The notes below the pieces were generated by a model that was not told the origin of the DNA, did not search any database, and worked only from the letters and a program-made list of their open reading frames with translations. From contig CAVXLD010000004.1 in assembly GCA_963762565.1 (NCBI GenBank), positions 113,774 through 177,773 of the forward strand: a stretch of 64,000 nucleotides of DNA, written 5' to 3'. The stretch's first letter is position 1. Every line of letters begins with the position of its first letter. Shown piece by piece: positions 1 to 8,265 of this stretch. Origin of the DNA: an uncultured Verrucomicrobiae bacterium (GTDB lineage Bacteria > Verrucomicrobiota > Verrucomicrobiia > Chthoniobacterales > JAFAMB01). The translations under genes were made by a program, and so were the position numbers.

Positions 1-49
1 CGACGACCAATCGCCAGGGGAACGTTACCTCCGAGGACGCTCCTCATAC

Positions 50-133
50 CGTACCCTCCGGGACGGATCTCGGTTTGCACGTGTCCCAGGCAGTAAACTG
101 CCTGGCTACCCTCAGTCAGTCCCTCCGGGACGA
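50..133. repeat. REP-like palindromic element (GTMCCTCCGGGAC units flanking a CCAGGCA-N-TGCCTGG hairpin)
   Basis: gtaccctccgggac (51-64) and gtccctccgggac (119-131) flank hairpin ccaggcagtaaactgcctgg; related units at 24810-24895. Confidence 0.6.
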
Positions 134-169
134 AGTCCCAGTAGCACCCATGCCGACTCCAGACCTCGT

Positions 170-2326
170 TCAATTGATCATCACAACCTTCAGGCCACCT
201 GGCCGGTCAGCGGGACTGAGGGTAACGCCTTCGCTCGACCGATGTATTTCGAGATCGATGGAAGTCTGTCCCACTCTAAGCCCCCGGATACGCACCTCCG
301 GTAACGATTCTGGTAACCGTGGATAGCGGAAATAAAGGGTTGCTTCCGACGCGCGAATACTGAGACCTAGACAGGCTTGCAGGAGCAGGAATACGGCTCC
401 AGCTGCCCAGGCTTGGGGAGAACAAGCCGTCGGATAAAGCGTAGGTCCTATTCCTGGTTGTCTCGAGAAACCGCAAAACAACTCTGGCAACCGATGCAGA
501 TCGAGGAAAACGGAAGCATCGAATAGGCCGGCCAAAATTTGGCAGGCAAGCTCTTTATGCGGCGTCTGGGCACAACCAAACCCGATCAACGCGTTGTCGT
601 GCGGCCAGACAGAACCATTGTGATAGGACATGGGGCTAAAACGTTTTTCGGAGCTGGCAATCGTGCGAACACCCCAGCCCGAAAAGAAGCTTTCTCCAGA
701 GAAAGCATCGATCAGTTCCCGCGCTCGATCCGGCTGGGCAATCCCCGTGAAAAGACAATGACCAGCGTTCGAACTGCGTACCCGGCATTGACGTTTATCT
801 CGATCTAAGGCTAACGCGTAAAAGGAAATTTCCTGACACCAAAACGCGTCCTCGAACCGTTGACGGAGCGACTCAGCTTCACGCTCTAAGCGCTCCGCTT
901 GCGCATTGTGCCCTAAGACCCTTGCCAAACCAGCGATCCCTCGTTTTGCGGCATAGACATAAGCTTGCAGCTCACAAATCGCGATCGGCCCCTCAGCCAG
1001 TTCACCATCGGCGTGGAAAACGGAATCAGACGAATCTTTCCAGGACTGATGGATCAAGCCATTTTGCGATCGGCGGCCATACTCGATAAAACCGTCACCG
1101 TCCCGATCTCCAAATTGATCGATCCATCTCAGAGCCAGCTCGATATTTGGCCAGATCGCTTTGATGCAATCCAGGTCTCCGGTTCGTTCGAAATAAGCCG
1201 CCGCGAGGTACAAGAACAATGGGGTCGAATCCGCACTTCCGTAATAGCGGCCAAACGGAACTTCTCCGATTCGAGCTAGTTCACTCTGGCGGGTTTCGTG
1301 CAGGATCTTACCCGGTTCGGCGTCCTGGTTCGGGTTGTGCTCCGTCGCTTGGGTGGCGGCCAGATAGCGGAGAACGCCCTTGGCGAGCTCAGGATAGACC
1401 CAGAGATATTCTAAGGCCGTTATGATGCCGTCTCGTCCGAAGGGAGTGCTGAACCAGGGAATCCCGGCATAAGGATATAAGCCCTCCGGCGTGCGCGTGA
1501 TCAGCATCTGAAGATCCGCTCGAGAACGGTCAATCCAGTCATTGAACTTTTCGTTTGATGTCCGAATCTCGCAGCTATCTCTTTCGATCTGCTCATGTGC
1601 AGACGTCCTGACGTTGCCGTGATGACGAGATGATGACTGTTCCCCACCTGCCGAACAGGAGACCGATAGACTGAATACCTTTTCCTCCTGCGGCTCGAGC
1701 TCGATCGGGAAACGCATTTCTGAAGCGCCAACCACTACCGGTTTTAACGTTGATGCGATCGTTGTTTTTCGCAGGATTTTGTCCAGGCCTTGATACGAGA
1801 AGCTAAGAGAGGCTTGGCCTATCTCGGGGCTGAGCAGTTGCCTCTGTTTGTTACTCGGATACCCTCGAACTTCAAATATATCCGCGAAATCGGCTTCCAG
1901 CTCTAAGACCAACTCTAAGCCAACTGGGAGGAGGCTATAGTTGCGGACGCAAATTTCTTCTCGGCACTCGTTTTCCAGAAGAAACTTGGTTCGTTGAACA
2001 TGGACAGCGCGGGGACGCAATCTACGGTCACCCGGTAACTCGAGATCTGAATTTGTCAGATCGACGAGCAGCCGGGCGTTATCTTCTGTAACCATCGAAC
2101 TCAGCAATACGAGCGAACCGTTCGCCAATCGCAGCACCGATTTCGAAAGATGCCTCGATTCATTGTAGAAGAGACCATGTCCGCCGGTCGCGAGCGCACG
2201 GAGATCGCCGCATCGGTCAAAGACCGCGAACAGATCGCCCCGCATCAAGACATGCGTCTGGATATCGATCAGCGAAGATTCGGCGTGAATATAAAGCTCG
2301 TTCCCGAGCTCGATGAAGTCGGGCAT
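170..2326 (-). CDS. Amylo-alpha-1,6-glucosidase / glycogen debranching enzyme family protein
   Basis: Motifs AGIPWFSTPFGRD, EPGKILHE, YYGSADSTPLF, WKDS, SYHNGSVWPHDN, ACSPQAWAA; 718 aa. Confidence 0.9.
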   Translation of the reverse strand: MPDFIELGNELYIHAESSLIDIQTHVLMRGDLFAVFDRCGDLRALATGGHGLFYNESRHLSKSVLRLANGSLVLLSSMVTEDNARLLVDLTNSDLELPGDRRLRPRAVHVQRTKFLLENECREEICVRNYSLLPVGLELVLELEADFADIFEVRGYPSNKQRQLLSPEIGQASLSFSYQGLDKILRKTTIASTLKPVVVGASEMRFPIELEPQEEKVFSLSVSCSAGGEQSSSRHHGNVRTSAHEQIERDSCEIRTSNEKFNDWIDRSRADLQMLITRTPEGLYPYAGIPWFSTPFGRDGIITALEYLWVYPELAKGVLRYLAATQATEHNPNQDAEPGKILHETRQSELARIGEVPFGRYYGSADSTPLFLYLAAAYFERTGDLDCIKAIWPNIELALRWIDQFGDRDGDGFIEYGRRSQNGLIHQSWKDSSDSVFHADGELAEGPIAICELQAYVYAAKRGIAGLARVLGHNAQAERLEREAESLRQRFEDAFWCQEISFYALALDRDKRQCRVRSSNAGHCLFTGIAQPDRARELIDAFSGESFFSGWGVRTIASSEKRFSPMSYHNGSVWPHDNALIGFGCAQTPHKELACQILAGLFDASVFLDLHRLPELFCGFSRQPGIGPTLYPTACSPQAWAAGAVFLLLQACLGLSIRASEATLYFRYPRLPESLPEVRIRGLRVGQTSIDLEIHRSSEGVTLSPADRPGGLKVVMIN

Positions 2327-2395
2327 AGGTGGTTAGCGTTAGGTACTCGTAGCAAGTTCAACTTCGGGCATCCAGGTTGCAATTGGCCGCGCGAC

Positions 2396-2659
2396 CCGAA
2401 GGGGTCGCCACCCGTGGAGCGCTGCCTCGCTTGCGAGGCCGTGGTGAGCAGGGAGATATAGCTTTCCGCACCCAACTTTTTTGTCTGCGCTCTGTTGCGG
2501 TCGATAGGAGACTCTAGATCACCACCTGGTTCCAACGACCTCGTGTAAATCTCGCGTCCGAGCTACATGCGCCACGATAGAGCACGGCACGGGTCGGGGC
2601 ATGACATGACGCTCTCTCCCTGTTCACAACGGCCTCGCCAGCGAGGCAGCGCTCCACGG
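2396..2659. repeat. REPIN-like element, family C (CCGTGGAGCGCTGCCTCGCTTGCGAGGCCG arms, inverted)
   Basis: Left arm 2412-2457 is the near-perfect reverse complement of 2614-2659; same unit at 19624, 19684 and 41419-41915. Confidence 0.85.
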
Positions 2660-2718
2660 TTCCGACCGATTCACCCCCAATTTCCGGTTGCTCCGCTGCA
2701 ACTCACCACCTAGGGTGA

Positions 2719-2873
2719 TGCATTCCTGATAGGTAGCTAGGGTTCCGTCGCACTTGGGAACGAGCGCGGGCCTGGACCAAGCGCTACAGAAAGCTGTCGT
2801 CGCTCGCTTTCAAAGGAGCCCAACGATGGCTGGCACCTGATGGCATAAAAGGCTCGGGGGGATCACGGATGCA
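2719..2873 (+). ncRNA. ykkC-motif riboswitch, subtype-2-like
   Basis: GUAGCUAGGGUUCC (2733-2746), GGACCAAGCGCUACAG (2774-2789), P2 agctgtcgt/acgatggct, CACC...GCAUAAAAGGCUCGGGGG; closing helix tgcattcctgat/atcacggatgca; about 57 nt upstream of a transporter ATG. Confidence 0.85.
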
Positions 2874-2929
2874 GATACGGCTTGTCCTGTCTGCAACCTG
2901 AAACCAGTAACTCTGACTTTGTGCCTTAG

Positions 2930-3790
2930 ATGATCCCCACGATTTTTGCTCTGGTCGTTCTCGCCGCCTTTATTCACGCCTTTTGGAACATCTTACTTAA
3001 ACGCGTTCAGGGCGGATTATCGTTTACTTGGTCCGTTAGCATCTTTCAGACGGTCGTCTTTGCGCCCTGGGTCGTCTGGGTGATCTGGACAGAAAGACCG
3101 GCTCTGGGCTCCGTCGAATTGGCCTTTATCGCGGGGAGCGCGGTGATCCACATCGCTTACTACTATTTTCTTCAATGGGGTTATCGGGTCGGTGATATTT
3201 CATTAGTGTATCCGATCGCCCGGGGGAGCGGCCCCATGCTTTCCTCGTTGGCAGCAATCATTATCTTAGGCGAGCGGCCGGGATGGTTTGGAATTCTCGG
3301 GATTGTAGCCATCGGTGTTGGTATCTTCTTTTTGACCAATGGGGGCAGGACAGATGGGCGACCAAGGATCACTGCTGCGGTCGTTGCCGGCCTCTTAACC
3401 GGCCTGTCGATCGCCGCTTATACGGTCTGGGACAAATACGCGGTCAGCTCGGTCAAGGTTTCGCCGGTTCTGTTAGATCTGTTGGCCAATCCAATCCTGG
3501 CGTTGCTGTTGACACCAACGGTTTGGTATCAGCGGAAAGATATCGTCCGGTACTGGACGAAGAACCGAGCTGAGTTATTGGGTGTGACCCTCGCAAATCC
3601 GATCTCTTACATCCTGATCCTAACCGTGATGACTGTCGCTCCAGTTAGCCAGATCGCTCCCATGCGCGAAGTCAGCACGTTGATCGGCGCGTTTATTGGT
3701 GGCCATTTGTTCGCTGAGAAAAATCTGAACCGACGCTTGGCGGCGGCTTCGATTATCGTGCTGGGCGTGTTAGTAATAGCTCATGGATAG
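2930..3790 (+). CDS. DMT/EamA family transporter
   Basis: About 10 hydrophobic segments; AAFIHAFWN, GDISLVYPIARGSGP, APMREVS motifs. Confidence 0.88.
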   Translation: MIPTIFALVVLAAFIHAFWNILLKRVQGGLSFTWSVSIFQTVVFAPWVVWVIWTERPALGSVELAFIAGSAVIHIAYYYFLQWGYRVGDISLVYPIARGSGPMLSSLAAIIILGERPGWFGILGIVAIGVGIFFLTNGGRTDGRPRITAAVVAGLLTGLSIAAYTVWDKYAVSSVKVSPVLLDLLANPILALLLTPTVWYQRKDIVRYWTKNRAELLGVTLANPISYILILTVMTVAPVSQIAPMREVSTLIGAFIGGHLFAEKNLNRRLAAASIIVLGVLVIAHG

Positions 3791-3795
3791 CGACT

Positions 3796-3831
3796 AAACG
3801 TACGTGTTGTGATTGATTTTGACGTACGTTT
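3796..3831. promoter_or_regulatory. Putative TA operator: two ACGTACGT palindromes in inverted context, overlapping a TTGACG -35-like hexamer
   Basis: aaacgtacgt (3796-3805) and acgtacgttt (3822-3831) directly upstream of the antitoxin. Confidence 0.6.
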
Positions 3832-3853
3832 CGGTGAGTGTTATCGATTAGAC

Positions 3854-4084
3854 ATGGTCGTAAAGCCTTCTCAGCTGCGGGCAGATCTTTATCGGCTACT
3901 TGATCGCGTGCTCAAGACTGGGGAACCAATCGAGATCGACCGGGGTGGGAAAACGCTTCTTTTGGTCCCCAAAGAAAAGAAAAGTAAGCTGGATAATCTC
4001 GTCAAACGTAACGTGATTGTCGGGGACCCTGAAGATTTGGTTCACATGGATTGGTCGAAGGGTTGGCGCGGTGATCTACCTTGA
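3854..4084 (+). CDS. Phd/YefM-type antitoxin
   Basis: SQLRADLYRLLDRVLKTGEPIEIDRGGK motif; overlaps the downstream PIN gene; ATG 3854 preferred. Confidence 0.85.
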   Translation: MVVKPSQLRADLYRLLDRVLKTGEPIEIDRGGKTLLLVPKEKKSKLDNLVKRNVIVGDPEDLVHMDWSKGWRGDLP

Positions 4085-4445
4085 TACACACGTCGTCGTT
4101 TGGCTATATGCCGGCGAACACGCGCGTCTGAGCCGCGCCGTTAGAAGGCTTCTCGAATCAGAGCCATTGCTAATCTCACCGATATTGTTGCTCGAATTGG
4201 CGTTATTGGAGGAGACTAGCCGAATACAAATCGGACCTGAGACCATCTTCAAAGAACTCGAAGCTTCGCTCGGCCTTTCATTGTGCGACCTGCCATTTGC
4301 CGAGGTGGCGGCAGCTTCTTTGCCACAAAGATGGACCCGAGATCCATTTGACCGGCTAATGGTGGGACAGGCGATAGCTCGGGGAGTGAGACTAATCACA
4401 AAAGATCGCCTTATCCGGCAGCACTTCCGAGGCGCGATCTGGTAA
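4071..4445 (+). CDS. vapC: PIN-domain (VapC) toxin
   Basis: IYLDTHVVVW, ISPILLLE, RDPFDRLMVGQA, LITKD motifs; GTG start at 4071. Confidence 0.9.
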   Translation: MIYLDTHVVVWLYAGEHARLSRAVRRLLESEPLLISPILLLELALLEETSRIQIGPETIFKELEASLGLSLCDLPFAEVAAASLPQRWTRDPFDRLMVGQAIARGVRLITKDRLIRQHFRGAIW

Positions 4446-4557
4446 GACGGTATCCAGGCAGAGGTTGAGGGCTGGGGCGATTATTACCGGCATTTGCAAT
4501 TGACTCACGCCCATAGGGTTGTGCTAGAGTTGCACTTCCTTCCTAGAGGACCCGACT

Positions 4558-5178
4558 ATGTCATCTTCAGCTCCGTTGTCCTGGGATTTCGACGCAGATT
4601 ATCTCCAGGCTTGTAATTGCGATTACGGGTGCCCGTGCGAGTTTAACGCTCCGCCGACACCCGGTTTCTGTGAAGGCACAGGGACATGGCGAATTAAAAC
4701 CGGTAAATGCGGGAACGTTTCGTTGGATGGCCTCTGCCTGGGTTTTGCCGCGCATTGGCCAAAGGCGATCCACTTGGGCGGCGGAACCGTTACGATCTTC
4801 ATCGACGAACGCGCCAATCAAGAGCAACGTGAGGCACTAGAGAATATCGCCTTCGGCAAGCTGGGAGGGCTCCCGTTCGAGATCCTGGCCACGACCTTCT
4901 CTGCCGTTCAACCGACCCGTTTTGTTCCTTTCGAATTTCATTTGGATGGGCGTAATAGCCGGGCGCGAATCGGCGAGGATATCGCTTTCAATTTGGAGCC
5001 CGTTAAAAATCCGGTCACAGGTGATCCGGAATTTGTCCGGATCGAACACGCTACGGGATTTATTTTTAAGGGTGCAGAAGTGGTTTCGGCAAACGATCTC
5101 CGCGTCTCGAGCGGCACGATCAATTTCCAATACACGAATAAGGCAGGCTTCGTGACCGATGTCCATTACCACAACTAG
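4558..5178 (+). CDS. DUF1326 family protein
   Basis: ACNCDYGCPC...PT.G.CEG, IDERA..EQREAL motifs. Confidence 0.88.
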   Translation: MSSSAPLSWDFDADYLQACNCDYGCPCEFNAPPTPGFCEGTGTWRIKTGKCGNVSLDGLCLGFAAHWPKAIHLGGGTVTIFIDERANQEQREALENIAFGKLGGLPFEILATTFSAVQPTRFVPFEFHLDGRNSRARIGEDIAFNLEPVKNPVTGDPEFVRIEHATGFIFKGAEVVSANDLRVSSGTINFQYTNKAGFVTDVHYHN

Positions 5179-5203
5179 CGCCGGCTAGCCGAAGTGCGGT
5201 CAA

Positions 5204-6010
5204 ATGGAAACCGTGATCCAGGCGGTGGCGCAGCGGGACCGTTTAGTGGTTGGCGTTGCGCTGGTCGGTATTGCCGGCGTGACATGGTATAACCTGGCGG
5301 ACGAGGCAGCAAAATTCTCCGCCACTGGCGTCTGCCACTGCGCGTCAATGATGCTCGGCGGGCCAGACGCCTCGCCCTGGTCACCGGTAACTCTAGTACC
5401 GCTTTTCCTGATGTGGACGGAGATGATGGTGGCAATGATGCTGCCGGCAGTCACGCCATTGGTTCTGCTTTTTTCGAAGGTTGCACGTACCCGAGCCGAA
5501 CGCGGGCAACCCTATGTTTCCACGGCATTCTTTGTTTCCGGATATTTTGCCGTGTGGACCGCGTTCAGTCTCGGCGCCGCTGTGGCCCAATGGATCCTAC
5601 ACGGCGCCACGCTCCTATCCCCGCAGATGACCACTAATAACTCGCTGGTTAGCGGCGCATTTCTGATTGCCGCCGGCGCCTTCCAGTTTTCGCCTCTAAA
5701 AAGCGCGTGTCTGGCTCATTGCCGATCACCCTTGACCTTCCTCATGACCGATTGGCGCAACGGGCGCGCCGGAGCGTTTTTTATGGGATGGAAGCACGGA
5801 TGGTTCTGCACCGCATGCTGCTGGCTGTTGATGGTCCTGCTCTTCGTGGTCGGTGTTATGAATCTCCTTTGGATTGCGCTGCTTGCCTTGTTCGCTCTGT
5901 CGGAACGCATCGCGCCAAAGAGCTGGCGCCTGTCACAGATAACAGGCTTGGTTCTAGTCTGTGCCGGGGTGTGGTTCCTGGCGTCGCCGCTATTTGTTAC
6001 AACGCGCTAA
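5204..6010 (+). CDS. DUF2182 predicted metal-binding integral membrane protein
   Basis: MMVAMMLP, FQFSPLKSACLAHCRSP, CTACCWLLM..LF..GVMNL motifs; follows DUF1326. Confidence 0.9.
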   Translation: METVIQAVAQRDRLVVGVALVGIAGVTWYNLADEAAKFSATGVCHCASMMLGGPDASPWSPVTLVPLFLMWTEMMVAMMLPAVTPLVLLFSKVARTRAERGQPYVSTAFFVSGYFAVWTAFSLGAAVAQWILHGATLLSPQMTTNNSLVSGAFLIAAGAFQFSPLKSACLAHCRSPLTFLMTDWRNGRAGAFFMGWKHGWFCTACCWLLMVLLFVVGVMNLLWIALLALFALSERIAPKSWRLSQITGLVLVCAGVWFLASPLFVTTR

Positions 6011-6138
6011 GTCTGCGGTGGCTGCTAGTGTTGGAAAGATCAGCGCTGCGGGCTCTGGTAAAGGATGGGACCTATACGACCTATAGGACTTATAGGTTCG
6101 GAGCGGCTTGGATTGCCCGGCGACAGTGGAATGCCCCG

Positions 6139-7671
6139 CTACTTCTTCTGCAGCAGACTATGGCCGGTCATTTGCTTTGGCTGTGATAACCCTAGCATTT
6201 CTAACAAAGTCGGAGCCACATCGGCTAAGATGCCGTCCTTCAGAGTGAACTGATCGGCATCGGCAGCGACATAAAGGAAATGAACGAGGTTAGTGGTATG
6301 AGCAGTGTTCGGTGATCCGTCCGGGTTCCGCATCAACTCACAGTTGCCATGATCGGCAGTAACCAAGGCTTTGCCATCTACGCGGAGCACTTCCTCGATC
6401 ACTTGACGCACACAATCGTCGATCGTCTCCACTGCCGTAATACCGGCCTCAACCACTCCGGTATGGCCCACCATGTCCGGGTTAGCAAAATTCAATATCA
6501 CCAGATCATAATCTTTGAGCCGCTTCACGACTTCGCTGGTGACTTCCCTCGCGCTCATTTCCGGCCTCAGATCGTAAGTGGCCACCTTTGGCGAAGGGAT
6601 GATCACCCGGTCTTCCTTGTCGAATGGTTTCTCAACGCCACCATTAAAGAAGTAAGTAACGTGCGGGTATTTCTCCGTCTCGGCGATCCGCAATTGGCGC
6701 TTCCCGGTATCGCTCACCACTTTCCCCAGGATCTCCTCCAACGATTGCGGATGAAAAACCACCGGACATTGATAGGTCTCATCGTAGACCGTTAGGGTCA
6801 CGTAGTGCACGCGCACAAAGGCTCCCCGATCGAAGTCAGAGAAATCCGGAAACAGAAATGCGCGGGAAAGTTGTCGAGCCCGGTCCGCGCGAAAATTAAA
6901 GAAGAACACCACGTCACCGTCACGAACCCGTTGCTGATCAGGCAGATCAAAGATTAACGGCTTCAGGAATTCGTCGGTCTCGCCGGTTTCGTAGCGTTTG
7001 CGAACCGCCGCTTCTGCGTCCGACTGGCTAACCTCGCCTTTCCCCCAAACAATAGCATCCCATGCGAGTTTGGTTCGGTCCCAGCGTTTATCGCGGTCCA
7101 TTGCGAAATAACGCCCGATCACCGTCGCGATCTTAGCGCCGGTATCATGGATACCTTTTTGAACCGTCTCGAGATAACCAGCGCCACCGGTGGGTGAAGT
7201 ATCGCGGCCATCGGTGACGGCGTGGATAAGGATGTCTTTCACTCCCGCTTTAGCAGCAGCCTGTACCAAGCCGATCAAATGATCCTGATGGCTATGAACA
7301 CCACCATCCGAAACTAGCCCCAGAAAATGTAACCGTGCTTGTTTCGCTTGGGAAAAAACTTCCGCCAAAACCGGGTTCCGATTTAGCTCTCCTTCCTCAA
7401 TCGCTTTATTAATCCGGGTAAGATCTTGGTACACAATCCGGCCAGCGCCGAGATTCAGGTGACCCACTTCGGAATTACCCATCTGTCCGTCCGGCAATCC
7501 GACGTCCATCCCGCTGGCGCTCAAACGGCTCATCGGATACGTCTTGTACAGCTGATCGTGAAATGGCGTTCGAGCGAGTAAGGTCGCGTTCCCATCCGCT
7601 TCGGCGCCTTCTTTACCGTGAGGATTAATCCCCCAACCGTCCCGGATGATCAGAATAACGGGTTTACCCAT
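6139..7671 (-). CDS. gpmI: 2,3-bisphosphoglycerate-independent phosphoglycerate mutase
   Basis: IIRDGWG, GQMGNSEVGH, AETEKYPHVTYFFNGG, NFANPDMVGHTG; start at MGKPV (7671). Confidence 0.97.
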   Translation of the reverse strand: MGKPVILIIRDGWGINPHGKEGAEADGNATLLARTPFHDQLYKTYPMSRLSASGMDVGLPDGQMGNSEVGHLNLGAGRIVYQDLTRINKAIEEGELNRNPVLAEVFSQAKQARLHFLGLVSDGGVHSHQDHLIGLVQAAAKAGVKDILIHAVTDGRDTSPTGGAGYLETVQKGIHDTGAKIATVIGRYFAMDRDKRWDRTKLAWDAIVWGKGEVSQSDAEAAVRKRYETGETDEFLKPLIFDLPDQQRVRDGDVVFFFNFRADRARQLSRAFLFPDFSDFDRGAFVRVHYVTLTVYDETYQCPVVFHPQSLEEILGKVVSDTGKRQLRIAETEKYPHVTYFFNGGVEKPFDKEDRVIIPSPKVATYDLRPEMSAREVTSEVVKRLKDYDLVILNFANPDMVGHTGVVEAGITAVETIDDCVRQVIEEVLRVDGKALVTADHGNCELMRNPDGSPNTAHTTNLVHFLYVAADADQFTLKDGILADVAPTLLEMLGLSQPKQMTGHSLLQKK

Positions 7672-7721
7672 CGGTGAGACGTGAGAAGTGAGAGGTGAGG
7701 AGTGATTGGTGGAAGCGGCCA

Positions 7722-7838
7722 GCCTCGCCTTGGGCTCGCTCACATCGCGATAGCCGAAAGCCAATAGCCAAAAATCAATGCCAGTTCTTGGCTATCGGCT
7801 ATTTAGCTATTGGCTATTCGAACGAGCCTGAGGCGAGT
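7722..7838. repeat. Inverted element: GCCTCGCCTGAGGCTCG-type arms enclosing (ATAGCCA)n/(TGGCTAT)n heptamer tracts
   Basis: Second, cleaner copy at 22068-22211. Confidence 0.75.
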
Positions 7839-7841
7839 TCG

Positions 7842-7934
7842 TTAGCGTTTAGCGGCTTTGGCTGCGTTTTTCTTTCTCTGCAGATAGTCGCGACGGCGAC
7901 GGCGCTTTTCGACTTTGTTGAGCTGTTTTCCCAT
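7842..7934 (-). CDS. Small basic protein, 30 aa (MGKQLNKVEKRRRRRDYLQRKKNAAKAAKR), below the ORF-track cutoff
   Basis: Translated by hand: ATG at 7934, TAA at 7842-7844, AAGGG upstream; lies between two repeat elements. Confidence 0.65.
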   Translation of the reverse strand: MGKQLNKVEKRRRRRDYLQRKKNAAKAAKR

Positions 7935-7995
7935 TGAGTCTGCCCTTACGTGACCGGGCCGACGATGTCAAATGCGATGCATCCTTGGTGGGGTG

Positions 7996-8257
7996 AGGCG
8001 AATGGGCGAAACGGCGAATGGGCGAAACGGCGATGGGGCGATCTGAGCTGCGAAGCGCTGGCTAGATTGAAGCCTCGGGTGAGTCTGCGCGCCCCAGGTA
8101 TGGTTTTAGAAAGGCGTTCCGAACTGAAGGTGCGAAAAAGACAGGGGTCGTATCCTACAATAAGTTTGCACTCTGAATAGGCGCGTTCTGCCGCACCTTG
8201 AGCGCGTCGCGCCTCCTAATCGCCCCTTCGCCCATTCGCCCATTCGCCGTTTCGCTC
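7996..8257. repeat. Inverted octamer tracts (GGCGAAWS-type) enclosing a degenerate REP
   Basis: ggcgaatgggcgaaacggcgaatgggcgaaacggcga versus tcgccccttcgcccattcgcccattcgccgtttcgc. Confidence 0.75.
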
Positions 8258-8265
8258 CTACTCCC

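Noticed and set aside
2719..2873. Calling the riboswitch guanidine-I
   Set aside because: It has a terminal closing helix and a GGACCAAGCG segment more like subtype 2, and the downstream gene is not an SMR or guanidine carboxylase gene; ligand left unassigned
7672..7764. N-terminal extensions given by the ORF track for gpmI (and cysI, dapA, AraC, DPP-IV, HlyD)
   Set aside because: They run through repeat or intergenic DNA; downstream ATGs match the family N-termini
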